From a plasmid, in sequence record NZ_CP041325.1: a DNA stretch of 64,000 nucleotides, one strand, 5' to 3'. The notes below the pieces were generated by a model. It worked only from the letters and a program-made list of their open reading frames with translations, had not been told where the DNA came from and searched no databases. Shown piece after piece: positions 11,589-22,642 of the stretch. Made by a program: the position numbers and the translations under genes. How positions within the stretch are numbered: position 1 is the first letter of the stretch; every line of letters begins with the position of its first letter.

Positions 11589-11953
11589 GTACTTGTTCCC
11601 CTTCCAGAATCTTTCTACTGTTTTGCTATGTATTAGTTGGATTAAGCTCCAAGTCGATTGCTCGGTGAAGCTAAAAATTTGTCTAGGTTATGTGATTCTA
11701 CATTTTGTCGAATTATGTTTCCTTAAAAAATCCGACTTGCTTAGTATACCAGCTAAACATTTAGTTCCTGTTACATTTATATTTCATTTTATTCTAGCAA
11801 CGAAATATTTGTGTTTTAATTTTACAATTCCGATTGCTCTACTAATACGCTTTTTATTAAGGTTACCTACTTAATTTCTTTTACCCAGAAGATGACTGGA
11901 AGGAAAAATAAGGAGCATGCAGAAATTAAAAACTGACAGGGGGGCAGAGTGTA

Positions 11954-12577
11954 TTGAATAACTACTGGAATAAAATCATTTATAAATTATGGTCCCCGGT
12001 CTACGATATATTCTTCAACGCGGGGCCCTTTCTGGCTGCACGGAAAAACGTGTTCCATGGAATAACCATCAATCATCAACAACAAGTTTTGGTGGTCGGT
12101 GTCGGAACGGGAGCTGATTTAGAACTGTTGGATCTGGATGGAATGGAGATTACCGCCATAGACTACTCGGAAGATATGCTCAATCAAGCCCGAAAGAAGT
12201 TTAAAGACTCCTCCATTCAATTCATAGAAATGGATGCCCAACAAATGACATTCGCTGACAACCAATTTGATGTGGTCATCGGAAGTTTGATTCTTTCCGT
12301 GGTTCCCCATGCAGAAGATTGTTTTAAGGAAATGGAAAGAGTGTTGAAGCCTGGTGGAGAAATACTGCTCTTTGATAAGTTCCTTCCTAGAGAAAAAAAG
12401 CTCTCACTTCCTAAAAAAATGATTCGACCCGCCATTAAATTATTAGGAACCGATATTGGCTTAGACTTTGATAGATTGGTCGAAAATAATAATGGAACCT
12501 TACTTGTTAAAGAAGATGTCCCGGTCCTGTTCAATGGAATGTATAGAAAGATTGTTCTCAGCAAACAACGTATTTAA
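11954..12577 (+). CDS. class I SAM-dependent methyltransferase
   Basis: Motif I VLVVGVGTGADL, followed by the D-x-S/E acidic loop and the LKPGG motif. Confidence 0.7.
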   Translation: MNNYWNKIIYKLWSPVYDIFFNAGPFLAARKNVFHGITINHQQQVLVVGVGTGADLELLDLDGMEITAIDYSEDMLNQARKKFKDSSIQFIEMDAQQMTFADNQFDVVIGSLILSVVPHAEDCFKEMERVLKPGGEILLFDKFLPREKKLSLPKKMIRPAIKLLGTDIGLDFDRLVENNNGTLLVKEDVPVLFNGMYRKIVLSKQRI

Positions 12578-12684
12578 GGGGTTCATAAAAATATACTTAC
12601 CTATATTATATGGAAGGTATTTAATCTATCTTGATAAGGACGGACTATCAACCGTGTTAAGTTAGAATTTATACAGGACTTAGC

Positions 12685-12743
12685 TTGACATTCCTTCACA
12701 TTCTTCCTTATAATCAATATATGAACATATGCTCATATATTGA
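12685..12743 (+). promoter_or_regulatory. sigmaA promoter (TTGACA-18-TATAAT) with an overlapping ArsR/CzrA-type operator (11-bp inverted repeat TCAATATATGA...TCATATATTGA)
   Basis: -35 at 12685-12690, -10 at 12709-12714, perfect inverted-repeat arms at 12714-12724 and 12733-12743. Confidence 0.55.
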
Positions 12744-12781
12744 TATTTGTTTTATCCATTCTATTGGAGGTGTCTACCAAC

Positions 12782-13116
12782 ATGACGCAGGAGTTTGAAA
12801 AAGAAGTAGGTTATATGGAAAACGAACATCCGTTGGATGAAGAAACCCTTTTGTCGTCTCTCAAACATTCAAGGCATTGAGCGATCCGACCCGTATCCGT
12901 ATCTTGAATTTGCTTTGTTCCGCGGAACACTCGGTGAACGAATTGGCTGAACGATTGGATTTGGGCCAGTCTACCGTGTCGCACCAATTGCGTTTTTTGA
13001 AGCAGTTGCGACTGGTGAAATACAGAAGAGCTGGGACCACTTTATACTATTCAAAAGACGACGACCACATCATGAACCTGTTGAAACAAGCCATTGAGCA
13101 CGCTGCGCATCATTGA
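12782..13116 (+). CDS. czrA: ArsR/SmtB-family Zn/Co-responsive repressor (CzrA-like); one frameshift at about 12855 (C/T homopolymers)
   Basis: The N-terminal part [23 protein letters not shown] joins ...[16 protein letters not shown]...[20 protein letters not shown]...HAAHH after a 1-nt shift. The C-terminal His-rich alpha5 metal site is typical of CzrA. Confidence 0.7.
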
Positions 13117-13189
13117 GAACAAAATTGGAAAATGTCTAAAAGCATGAATGGCTTTATAAGGAAGAATAATTTTGAAAGGAGGAGTTGAA

Positions 13190-14153
13190 ATGGCACATGA
13201 TCACAATCATGACCACACGCACGGAGCAAACAAAAAGGTGCTGTTCATTTCTTTTTTAATCATTACAAGTTACATGATTATCGAGGCCATCGGAGGTTTT
13301 TCTCACCAATAGTTTGGCGCTTTTAGCGGATGCCGGCCATATGCTGAGCGATTCCATTTCACTGGCGATTGCCCTCATTGCCTTCAAACTGGCTGAAAAA
13401 GTGGCGAACTACAGCAAAACCTATGGCTACAAACGGTTTGAAATTATCGCCGCGGTCATCAACGGTGCCACATTGATTGGCGTGGCCCTTTATATCTTTT
13501 ATGAAGCCATTGACCGGTTTGCTAACCCACCAGAAGTAGCAACGACCGGCATGCTCATTATCAGCGTCTTTGGATTACTGGTTAACATCCTGGTCGCTTG
13601 GATTATGATGCGCGGTGGAGATACAGAAGATAACTTGAATATGCGTGGAGCGTATTTGCATGTACTGAGTGACATGCTGGGATCAATCGGCGCCATTGCG
13701 GCCGCCTTGCTCATCATGTTTTTTGGCTGGGGATGGGCGGATCCCGCAGCAAGTGTAATCGTGGCAGTCCTCGTCCTACGAAGCGGGTACTATGTAACGA
13801 AGGCTTCTCTTCATGTGCTAATGGAGGGAACGCCTCAAAACATTGATGTAGAGGACGTCCTACAGACCATTAAAAAGACAGAGGGAATCCAAGGTGTTCA
13901 CGATTTGCACATTTGGTCGATCACCAGTGGACTCAATGCCTTGTCGTGCCATGCGGTTGTAAATGATCAGCTCACCATCGCTGAGAGTGAAAGTATGCTG
14001 CACCGGATTGAACACGATTTGACGCATAAAGGAATTACGCATGTCACAATCCAGCTGGAAACCAGTGCCCATGAACATGATGAGTCCATTCTTTGTACGG
14101 CAAAAATGAACCTTCACACGATCATCACCATTAGGATGAACAGTTGTAGTTAA
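13190..14153 (+). CDS. czcD: cation diffusion facilitator (Zn/Co/Cd efflux) CzcD; one frameshift at about 13296 (extra T in a T-run)
   Basis: His-rich N-terminus MAHDHNHDHTHG; CDF signature LLADAGHMLSD / HVLSDMLGS; cytoplasmic C-terminal domain. Confidence 0.8.
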
Positions 14154-14394
14154 ATCTTTATAGTTTTGTGATGCAAGAAATTCATTTTTTCGTTTGGTAA
14201 GTAATTTAATATATTTCATAGTTGATTGTCTGTTACTTTTCTTTTGAAAGTTAGACTTCAATAAAAATTAAAATGTGAAAAAAAGAGAAGAAGGTCAACC
14301 GGCCTCTTCTCTTTCTTAAATCTATTGTCTCTTTTCAGCTACCGTTGTTAAAAAGGGTATATTCTGGAGCGGCAGTCAAAAAACAGGCTTTCCT

Positions 14395-14688
14395 TTAATT
14401 TTTCCATAATCCAATCATGCCTCTTCGGCGATAAATCACCTTTTCACGTTCGAGAACCTCGAGTATTTTAACAAGCATATAAGAAGGAATACTTAAATCA
14501 AAAGCTATCTCTTTGACTGTCTTAACCAAAACTCCATCTGCCGTAGAATTCTTCAGGAAGTATTTCGTAAATCTCTCCCCATTTTTGATGATTTCCTTGC
14601 TTTCTTCAGCCAAACAATTCCGTGCCTCCTCTACCATTCTTGGCTCTATAGACAACTTCGTGTGCTCGTATCGATATTTCGAAAACAT
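14395..14688 (-). CDS. hypothetical small protein, possible winged-helix DNA-binding domain at the C-terminus
   Basis: 97-aa ORF with an ATG start; C-terminal DLSIPSYMLVKILEVLEREKVIYRRRG resembles a recognition-helix/wing region. No family assignment possible by eye. Confidence 0.4.
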   Translation of the reverse strand: MFSKYRYEHTKLSIEPRMVEEARNCLAEESKEIIKNGERFTKYFLKNSTADGVLVKTVKEIAFDLSIPSYMLVKILEVLEREKVIYRRRGMIGLWKN

Positions 14689-15113
14689 TTAGAAACCTCC
14701 TCTCCTCCTTGAATCGCACAAATCATCAAAAGGTAAAATTTTTAAGGAGCTTGGCTTAGTTCCAGAAGGATAATTTTCTTATGTAAGATAACAGACCGAC
14801 TATTTTAAGCTTTAATTCAGCAACTTGAGCACAAGCATAGGTATAAAAGGTTTTCTATGATTATCTAGTTAATATTCTATCGGTTGAACGTTTTGAAAAT
14901 CTATCTTCTCTAAATTATACAATGAGTATTTAGTTGAGAGTATAGTAATTAAAGTGTTCGTAGAATCACGCTGACGTAAAAAAACTTCACGAGAAGCTCT
15001 TTTTCTGCCAATATTCTGATGGTACGTAAACGTACTTTTAGAGAAAACATAGAAAAAGCGCCTAAAATGAATTCTCTTAGGCGCTTCTTCTATAAATGAA
15101 TTTTTATCTTTCC

Positions 15114-15308
15114 TCACTCGAAGACTGCACGGCCAACTGAAAATTTTCGTAGCTCTCCGGTCCAAACTTTTCCGGATCCCCCCTGGAAAAAGGTTGCCAG
15201 CATGAAATCCCGTGCGCAATCGACGTCACATTCCTGTGAGTTCATAACAAGGGATAAATAAGAACGGAAATAGTCGGGCTGCAAACACCCTCCGTGATTT
15301 ATGGTCAT
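15114..15308 (-). CDS. hypothetical Cys-containing small protein (64 aa) immediately downstream of the flavin oxidoreductase
   Basis: Good RBS (AAAGGAGCGG, 7 nt before ATG 15308). Translation MTINHGGCLQPDYFRSYLSLVMNSQECDVDCARDF..; same-strand operon position. Confidence 0.3.
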   Translation of the reverse strand: MTINHGGCLQPDYFRSYLSLVMNSQECDVDCARDFMLATFFQGGSGKVWTGELRKFSVGRAVFE

Positions 15309-15322
15309 CTTTCACCGCTCCT

Positions 15323-16682
15323 TTAGCAGCAGCCTGAACTACCAGCTGCAACCGGTTGTGTGCCGTTCGGTGAAAGGTTGACGCTGCAGACACCGGTTTC
15401 CGGCAGATCCAATTCCACGTTCTGGGCGGCCTCGAAATCTCCCGTGAGGTACGCCACGACGGAACGGACCTGTTCATATCCGGTGGCCATCAGGAACGTT
15501 GGCGCCCGGCCGTAGCTCTTCATGCCGACGATGTAGAAATTCTTTTCGGGCTGCCGCAGTTCCCGTTCGCCGTGCGGGCGGACTGTGCCGCAGCTGTGAA
15601 GGTTCGGGTCAATCAGCGGCGCCAGTGCATCCACACTTTCGGTGGCCGGATCGATGCTGAGGCGCACTTCGCGCAGGAATGAAAAGTCCGGTTGACTGCC
15701 AGTATTGACGATCACTTCATCGAATCCCTCAATCGAATGGTTCGCTTCCTTCCATTCCCCTTCCAGCGTCAACGTTTCCCCGTTTCGGTTCACGTCATAA
15801 ATCCGATAAGGTGTGTACACGTCCACTTGGCCTGAATCCACCAGCTGATGAATCCGGGAACCCAGTTCGCCCCGTGCTTGAAGCGCATCGTTCGCTTCTC
15901 CGCCATAAGCGTCTTCCACGTTGTTCTTGCGCAGAATCCACGTGATTTTCGAATCGGGCAGTTCGGCCAGTTCCAGGATGGTATTGATGGCGGAATGGCC
16001 GCCGCCTACCACCGCAATCTGCTTTCCGGTGAACCGTTCACGATCCTTTCCTTGAACATCCGGGATGCCGTAATAGATGTGCTGACTCAGCTTCTCTTCG
16101 TTTTTTCGTCGTTATGCCGCCGGCACTCAACGAGTTCGGCTGTCCCCAAGTTCCCGTAGCGTCGATGATGGCTTTCGCTTCGATGCGCTGGGTCGTTTCT
16201 CCGTTTTCTTCTAGATAAAGGACAAACGGCAGATTTCCCCGGCCAGCGGTCTTCATTTTGTCTTGGCCTTTTCGGCTGATGCCCAGTACCCGGGTATGGA
16301 GCTGGATAAAGGGCTGAATGGCTGGCAGCTCTGCCAGTTTCATCAAATACTGGTCGACCAACTCCTTGCCTGTCGGCAGCTCTTCGTCCGAAGGCGCTTC
16401 CCACCCCGATTGTTCCAACAATTCCCGGGCGACTTTGTCGATGTTGTACTGCCAAGGGGAAAACAGGCGAACGTGTCCCCACTGCGATACGTGATGGCCG
16501 ATGGAGGTCCCTGCTTCGAGCACCCGGAACTTCTCTCCGGCTTTCGCCAGATGCGCGGCCGTGGCCAATCCAACCGGACCGGCCCCAATGATGACAATCG
16601 GCAACGCATTCGTTTCTTTTTTCGGTAAGTCAAACTGGATGGGAAATGCCTTCGGTGAACAACAAGCTGCTTGCGTGTTCAT
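15323..16682 (-). CDS. NAD(P)/FAD-dependent oxidoreductase, flavin-monooxygenase/CzcO-like (two Rossmann GxGxxG motifs); one frameshift near 16040
   Basis: GAGPVGLATAAHLA (FAD site), FSPWQYN, second dinucleotide motif VVGGGHSAI. RBS GGAGGAAG before ATG 16682. Two contiguous ORFs in adjacent frames. Confidence 0.7.
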
Positions 16683-16714
16683 ATAACTTCCTCCTTTGGT
16701 CGTTCTATAATAAA

Positions 16715-16732
16715 ACTTGATTTTTGCAAGTA
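16715..16732. promoter_or_regulatory. MarR-type operator, near-palindrome ACTTGA-TTTT-TGCAAGT in the marR/oxidoreductase intergenic region
   Basis: Near-identical to the perfect palindrome at 17226-17244 on the other side of marR. Confidence 0.5.
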
Positions 16733-16747
16733 TTAATTCCGTTCATT

Positions 16748-17194
16748 TAAAACATGGGCTTGCAACAGACCGTTGACTTGGCCATGGCTTGGTTCAGCAA
16801 CTGCATCGATTGCAAGACAATTTCGCGTTCGAATTCATTCAAGTGCGAGAAAATCTCGTCCAGATGCGTCTCGATGCCTTCTTGGATCACCGTGGCCGCG
16901 AATTTCCCTTCGGTTGTCAGTTGCAGGACATAGATGCGTTTATCGAGCTTCCGACGGTGACTTCGTCACCAGGTTCATTTTAATAAGCGTCTGGATCTGG
17001 CGGCTGAACGTGGACAAATCGGTTGCCAGGGCGTCTGCTACTTCCTGCATCGAAGGCGTTTGCCGTTTGTCGATTTCGTACAGTATGTGGCTTTGCACCA
17101 AGCTGATTTCCATGTCTCCGACCATGCAGCAGTTCTTATTCAACAATCCGAACCGCTTAACCATGCTTTGAAACAATTCTCGTTTGTTTTCCAT
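16748..17194 (-). CDS. MarR-family transcriptional regulator; one frameshift near 16950
   Basis: MENKRELFQSMVKRFGLLNKNCCMVGDMEISLVQSHILYEI..PSMQEVADALATDLSTFSRQIQTLIKMNLVTK (winged HTH), continuing after a shift to ...LQSMQLLNQAMAKSTVCCKPMF. Confidence 0.7.
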
Positions 17195-17225
17195 GTTCAA
17201 CACCTCATCCATAGCATACAAATAA

Positions 17226-17244
17226 TACTTGCATTTTGCAAGTA
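17226..17244. promoter_or_regulatory. perfect palindrome TACTTGCA-TTT-TGCAAGTA in the marR/GNAT divergent promoter region (MarR operator)
   Basis: 8-bp perfect inverted-repeat arms with a 3-bp spacer; a second copy lies at 16715-16732. Confidence 0.55.
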
Positions 17245-17293
17245 TTTTCTCTATCCTTTTAAATACAACAAGGAAATTGAGAGGAGTTGGACT

Positions 17294-17776
17294 ATGCACC
17301 GCATCATCCGAACATTCGAAACAGCGGATTGGCCAGCCGTGAAACGGATTTACGAAGCCGGACTGGCCACCGGTTTGGCTTCGTTTGAAACTGAAGCACC
17401 TTCTTATGAAAAGTGGGCCGACCAAACCGATTCAGCGTGTCGTTTGGTACTGGAAGAAGGGCAACAAATCATTGGCTGGTGTAAAGTGTCGGCTGTTTCA
17501 AGCCGCCAAGTATACAAAGGGGTCGGAGAAGTCAGTGTCTACGTTGATCCGGCCCACAAAGGCAAAGGAATCGGAATGGCCTTATTGCAGGCATTAATCT
17601 GCGCTTCCGAAGCACAAGGCTTTTGGACATTACAAGCCAGCATCTTTCCAGAGAATCACGCCAGCTTGCAGCTCCATCTGAAGAACGGTTTTCGGAAGTC
17701 GGCCGCCGGGAACGCATCGGCCAACGCGCTGGCGTATGGCGAGACACGATTCTCCTGGAAAGAAGAAGCCAAGTGA
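17294..17776 (+). CDS. GNAT-family N-acetyltransferase (phosphinothricin/amino-acid acetyltransferase-like)
   Basis: Typical GNAT core (VYVDPAHKGKGIGMALLQAL), about 160 aa. Divergent from marR. Confidence 0.75.
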   Translation: MHRIIRTFETADWPAVKRIYEAGLATGLASFETEAPSYEKWADQTDSACRLVLEEGQQIIGWCKVSAVSSRQVYKGVGEVSVYVDPAHKGKGIGMALLQALICASEAQGFWTLQASIFPENHASLQLHLKNGFRKSAAGNASANALAYGETRFSWKEEAK

Positions 17777-17822
17777 ATGGATGGGCATAAAAAAAAGAGC
17801 TCACCCATGAGCTCTTTTTCAT

Positions 17823-18101
17823 CTAGCACCCGGTTGGTGCGCCAATCATGACCAGACCGGCTTGTTCTCCCTGTTCCTCGAAATCCAAGGTCAGGTTGTC
17901 TGCGATTTCTTTTGCTTCCGGGGCAACCGCCATCCGGATGCCGTTAACGTCCAGTACATCGTCTTTCGCTTCCGGCGCATCCAGCGACATGCCGATCTGC
18001 GGTCCACAGCAGCCAGCGACGGCGTGAATCCGCAGCCCTTCCGCTTTTTGCTCGTCCAGGATGGACTGGATGTATTGTTTGGCTTCATTGGTGATCATCA
18101 T
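17823..18101 (-). CDS. HesB/IscA-like small protein (ArsI-like accessory gene of Bacillus ars clusters)
   Basis: 92 aa, MMITNEAKQYIQSIL... with conserved Cys (GCCGP and the C-terminal GAPTGC). HesB-like genes are reported at the end of Bacillus sp. CDB3-type ars operons (recalled from memory). Confidence 0.45.
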   Translation of the reverse strand: MMITNEAKQYIQSILDEQKAEGLRIHAVAGCCGPQIGMSLDAPEAKDDVLDVNGIRMAVAPEAKEIADNLTLDFEEQGEQAGLVMIGAPTGC

Positions 18102-18150
18102 GGGTAAAATCTCTCCTTTTGGGTTTACGTTTTATTTATTCTAGCACTCT

Positions 18151-18579
18151 TCAGGCATCGGGGAAAATCCGCTGAAGGGACTCTTTCAACGCCGGTTTCA
18201 CGTTGATTTTCTGGCGGGCGGACGTGGCCTGGGCTTCCGCTTCTGCGATGCTGTCCGCCTTACCAAGGGATAACAGTGTGCCGATGGCCACCGTGCCGGT
18301 GCGATTGCTGCCGCCTGCGCAGTGGAAATAGATTTTTTTGCCGTCGTTGTAGGCGTCGACTACTTGATCGATCGCTTTCTTGACCGATTCATCCTGCTGG
18401 TCGTTGGAATCGTCCACAATGGGGCTGTGGACCCGGAGGTATTCGTACTCGCCTTCGGTCACTTCTGCACGCAAATCTACCACTAGGTCAATCTGTTCCG
18501 TGTCGACTGCGTCTTTGGCATCCGCTGCGCCGCCAATAAAAATGCGGTCCTTGACCAATTCCTGATAATTTTTGCTCAT
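18151..18579 (-). CDS. dual-specificity/tyrosine protein phosphatase-family protein (HCxxGxxRT P-loop); ArsP-like accessory gene
   Basis: HCAGGSNRTG catalytic loop; about 140 aa. Immediately downstream of arsA. Confidence 0.7.
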   Translation of the reverse strand: MSKNYQELVKDRIFIGGAADAKDAVDTEQIDLVVDLRAEVTEGEYEYLRVHSPIVDDSNDQQDESVKKAIDQVVDAYNDGKKIYFHCAGGSNRTGTVAIGTLLSLGKADSIAEAEAQATSARQKINVKPALKESLQRIFPDA

Positions 18580-18645
18580 GGTGTTTCCGCCTTCCGTGTT
18601 TTTGTCCTGTCATTTTGAAAATGAGGATTTCTTTGCCGGTCACCC

Positions 18646-20419
18646 TTACAAGATAAATTCTTTCAATTGGGTATAGCCGATTTTTTCCTCCTGCAACCAA
18701 GGGATTACGGCGCACTTGGCAGCCAGCTCTTCGTTCACTTTCGTGATCCATTTCTTCTCGGAACTCGCCCGGCCGCGCAAAACCGGGTCCGTCGTTTCCG
18801 TGGCGTACAAGCTTTGGTTGATGACCCACCATTTCGGCGCAATCTGCGCGCGCTTCAAGTCCTCTTGCAGCCGTGCCGCTTCGAGTACAGGCGTTGCTTC
18901 TGCCAGCGTCACGATGACCACACCGGTTTTCTTGTGGATTGCGCAAACGCGGCAACAGCTTCTTCACGTTCTCCGGCACGTCCCCGGTCGAACGGCTCAT
19001 TTCCTTGTGATACGCTTCCGTCGAATCCAACAGCAACAGTGTATGGCCGGTCGGGGCCGTATCGATGACGACAATTTCGTTCTCCGATTTCTCCACCACC
19101 GCCGCAAACGCTTGGAACAAGGCGATTTCTTCTGTACACGGCGATTCCAGGTCTTCCTGCAGGTAGGCCAACTCTTCGTCGCTCAGGCCGTTCCCGGCAT
19201 TCGCAAGAACCGTCTGTTTGTAGCGTTCGACTTCAATTTGGGGATTGATGCTGCTGATGGACAGATTATCTCGTGTTTCGCTGCCTGCAAAGGTATAGGC
19301 CAGATGGGCCGCCAGATCGGTGGTGGTCAAATGGACGCGATGCCCTTTTTCAGACAAGCCCACCGCAATGGCTGATGCAATCGACGTTTTGCCGCCGCCG
19401 CCTTTGCCCATCGTGAAGATGACCCGGGTATTTTTTTCCGAGAAATCTTCAATCACTTGGTTCAAGCCCGGAAGGGCCAGCGCTTCTTCGGTTGTGTCTT
19501 CCACTTCGAATGTCGTCATGGCATACGAGCTGAACAGGTGACGCAAGTTCTCCACGCCCGTCAGGGAATACGAAACGAACGGCAGCGCATACGTCATGAC
19601 CTGTTTCAAGGCTTCCGGTGTTTCCTGCAACGCTTGTCGCTGGCGGCTGTAGAACGCGGTCGAAACCGCATCTTCCGGCTGATGTGTCTGCAAGAGACCA
19701 TTCACGATCAGCAATTGGTTCCGAATGCCGATTTCCTTCAGTTCGCCTGATGCCCGGTCAGCTTCCAACAACGATGAATTGTCGGAACGCGCAATCAATA
19801 ACAACGTCGTCTTTTCCCGGTCGGAAAGCGAAGCGACCGCTTTGGCGTACATCTCTTTCTTGCCTTCCAATCCCGCCAGTGGCCCCAAACACGAAGCGCC
19901 ATGCGTACTTTCCTCCAGGAAGCCACTCCAAGCCGTCGGCAACTGCAACAGCCGTAACGTATGACCGGTCGGTGCCGTATCGAACAGGACATGATCAAAC
20001 TGGTCCAAGATGGTTTCATCCGCCAACAGATGCGAGAATTCGTCAAAGGCGGCGATTTCTACCGTACAGGCACCGGACAATTGCTCTTCCATGGTCGCGA
20101 GTACTGCATCCGGCAACTTGCCACGGTACGGGCCAACCACGTTTTCCTTGTAAGCGCGCGCTGATTCTTCCGGATCGATGTTGCACGCAGAGAGATTCGG
20201 AACACCCGGAATCGCCATCGGCTCATTCGTCAGGGCCACTTCCAGCACGTCCTGCAGATTGGAAGCCGGGTCGGTGCTGACCAGCAGCACACTTTTCCCT
20301 TGATCAGCCAAAGCGACCGCCGTGGCACAAGCCGTCGAGGTCTTGCCAACCCCGCCTTTTCCGGTGAAAAACAGGAACGGCGTCAGTGGCATGTTTTTTG
20401 GATTGAATAGCGAATACAT
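18646..20419 (-). CDS. arsA: arsenite-transporting ATPase ArsA (two-domain); one frameshift near 18950
   Basis: Two P-loops (FTGKGGVGKTSTACA... and TMGKGGGGKTSIASA), DTAPTGH signature motifs in both halves. The C-terminal 91-aa ORF 18646..18921 continues the protein. Confidence 0.85.
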
Positions 20420-20432
20420 AGAATGTGCTCCT

Positions 20433-20792
20433 TTACTTGCCAAAATTGACGGACACGCGTACCCGTGGCTTTTCCTGCAAGTCAGCTGGCGTGGTGTCGA
20501 ACCACTCCGCCAACTCTTCGTTGGTTGGATATGCCGCCACTTTTACGATTTCCCCATCGACCAGGACCACCGGAAGGGCTTCCGGTCCTTTTTCTACCAA
20601 TACTTGGTTGACGATTTCATTTTCAACAAAGGCACCGGGGTCACTCGTCAGGTTATAACGCGCAATCGTGAAGCCTTTCTTTTCAAGGGAATAGACTGCT
20701 GACGCGATTCTGGTTAAGTCCGGGTCTACCACGGGACCGCAGACACCGGTGGAACAGCACATCGCCGGATCGTAAATTTCGACTTTTTTCAT
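20433..20792 (-). CDS. arsD: arsenical resistance metallochaperone/repressor ArsD
   Basis: MKKVEIYDPAMCCSTGVCG (the Cys12-Cys13-Cys18 motif), about 120 aa; upstream of arsA. Confidence 0.8.
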   Translation of the reverse strand: MKKVEIYDPAMCCSTGVCGPVVDPDLTRIASAVYSLEKKGFTIARYNLTSDPGAFVENEIVNQVLVEKGPEALPVVLVDGEIVKVAAYPTNEELAEWFDTTPADLQEKPRVRVSVNFGK

Positions 20793-20877
20793 GATGGTTT
20801 CTCCTCCATTACGAGATTAGAATAGACGCATGTAGCACTGAGAAAGAAAGCCGTGATACCCGATCACGGCTCTTTGA

Positions 20878-21297
20878 TTACTTGCCTGTTTCTGCGAATT
20901 CTCGGATACGGGCACCGATTTCATCACGGACGTTCTGGAAGACCGCCCATTTCTCCTCATCGGTTCCTTCCGCTTTCGCCGGATCTACAAATCCCCACTG
21001 ATCGCGCTTCACGTGAGGCGGCGTCATCGGGCATTTGTCCGCGGCATCGCCACATAATGTCACGACAAAGTCTGCATTGTTCAGAATGTCCAGGTCAATA
21101 ATGTCTGAAGTCTGATTCGAAATGTCGATATCCACTTCGTTCATCGCTTTTACCGCATTCGGGTTCAGCCCGTGTGCTTCGATGCCAGCGCTCAATACCT
21201 GCCACTCGTCTCCAAGGATTTCTTTCCCCCACCCTTCCGCCATTTGGCTGCGGCATGAGTTTCCTGTGCAGAGGAAATACAATGTTTTTTTCGTCAT
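20878..21297 (-). CDS. arsC: thioredoxin-coupled arsenate reductase ArsC (LMW-PTP family)
   Basis: CTGNSCRS P-loop and downstream Cys (VVTLCGD...KCP) as in Bacillus/Staphylococcus ArsC. Confidence 0.85.
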   Translation of the reverse strand: MTKKTLYFLCTGNSCRSQMAEGWGKEILGDEWQVLSAGIEAHGLNPNAVKAMNEVDIDISNQTSDIIDLDILNNADFVVTLCGDAADKCPMTPPHVKRDQWGFVDPAKAEGTDEEKWAVFQNVRDEIGARIREFAETGK

Positions 21298-21330
21298 AAT
21301 GATAAACTCCTTTTGGATAAATAGATTTTT

Positions 21331-22629
21331 TTAGAGAATCAATAACCACAAATACAATCCGATGAGGGTTGCGAGAAGCGTCGGAATCGTCAAGATGATG
21401 CCGACCTTGAAATACGTTCCCCATGAGATTTTCACCCCTTTTAAGGATAGGACGTGCAGCCACAATAGCGTAGCGAGCGACCCGATTGGGGTGATTTTCG
21501 GACCCAAATCCGATCCGATGATGTTCGCATAAATGAGTGCTTCCCGGATGGTTCCGGTTGTCTGCGTCTCAGATATAGCGAGCGCATTGATCATCACCGT
21601 CGGCATGTTGTTCATCACCGACGACAGGATAGCCGCAATGAAGCCCATCGAAATCGTGGCGACAAACAAGCCTTGCTCCGCCGCCACCTGAATGACATCT
21701 GCCAACACGCCAGTCAAGCCGACATTCCGCAGTCCGTAGACCACGACGTACATGCCGAGTGAGAAGAAGACGATGTTCCACGGCGCGCCGCGTAAAATGA
21801 TGCGCGTCCGGACCGCTGGGCTTTTTTGTGCCATCAATAAAAAGAAGATGGCAATGATGCCGGCCACGATGGAGACTGGGACCCCCAAAAAGTCACTGGA
21901 GAAATACCCGATCAGCAACGCCGCCAAGACAAACCACGACAGGCGGAACATCTTGTGGTCCTTGATGGCGTCGTTCGGCTTTTTCAAATTCGCCACTTCG
22001 TAGTTTTTTTGGAATGTCTTTCCGGAAAAACAAATACAGCACCAAAATACTGGCCACTAACGCAAACAGGTTCGGGACAATCATCCGGGAGGCGTATTCC
22101 GCAAACCCGATGCCGAAAAAAGTCGGCCGAGACGATGTTCACTAAGTTACTGACAACTAACGGCAACGAGGTCGTATCCGCAATAAACCCGCTGGCCATG
22201 ATGAACGGAAAAATCATCTTTTCCGAGAAATTCAAATTCCGGACCATCGCCAAGACGATTGGCGTCAAAATTAAGGCTGCCCCATCGTTCGCAAACAACG
22301 CCGCCACAAAGGCACCGAGTATGCTGACAAAGACAAACATGCGCAAGCCGTTCCCTTTGGCGATTCGCGCCATGTGAAGCGCTGCCCATTCGAAGAAGCC
22401 GATTTCGTCCAAAAATCAATGAAATGATGATGATGGCGATAAAGGCCAGTGTGGCATTCCACACAATTCCAAATACATCTGCTACATCTTGAAAATCAAC
22501 GACTCCAACCAACAAAGCAAGTACTGCCCCGCCAATAGCCGACCAGCCAATCGATAGATTGCGTGGCTGCCAGATGACGAGTACCAGGGTGAGGAGGAAG
22601 ATGACCGATGCTAAAATTCCTTGTACCAT
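21331..22629 (-). CDS. arsB: arsenite efflux pump ArsB (ArsB/NhaD permease family); two frameshifts (about 21990 and about 22400)
   Basis: Three contiguous ORFs spanning 433 codons of a polytopic membrane protein with ArsB-like segments ([22 protein letters not shown]..., [19 protein letters not shown]). Confidence 0.8.
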
Positions 22630-22642
22630 TTAGTTCCCTCCA

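Noticed and set aside
14869-15219. 116-aa ORF in the ORF-poor stretch downstream of the oxidoreductase operon
   Set aside because: No RBS, and translation has no compositional bias typical of coding sequence. The region contains a terminator hairpin (about 15050-15085). The 15114..15308 ORF, which has a good RBS, was preferred.
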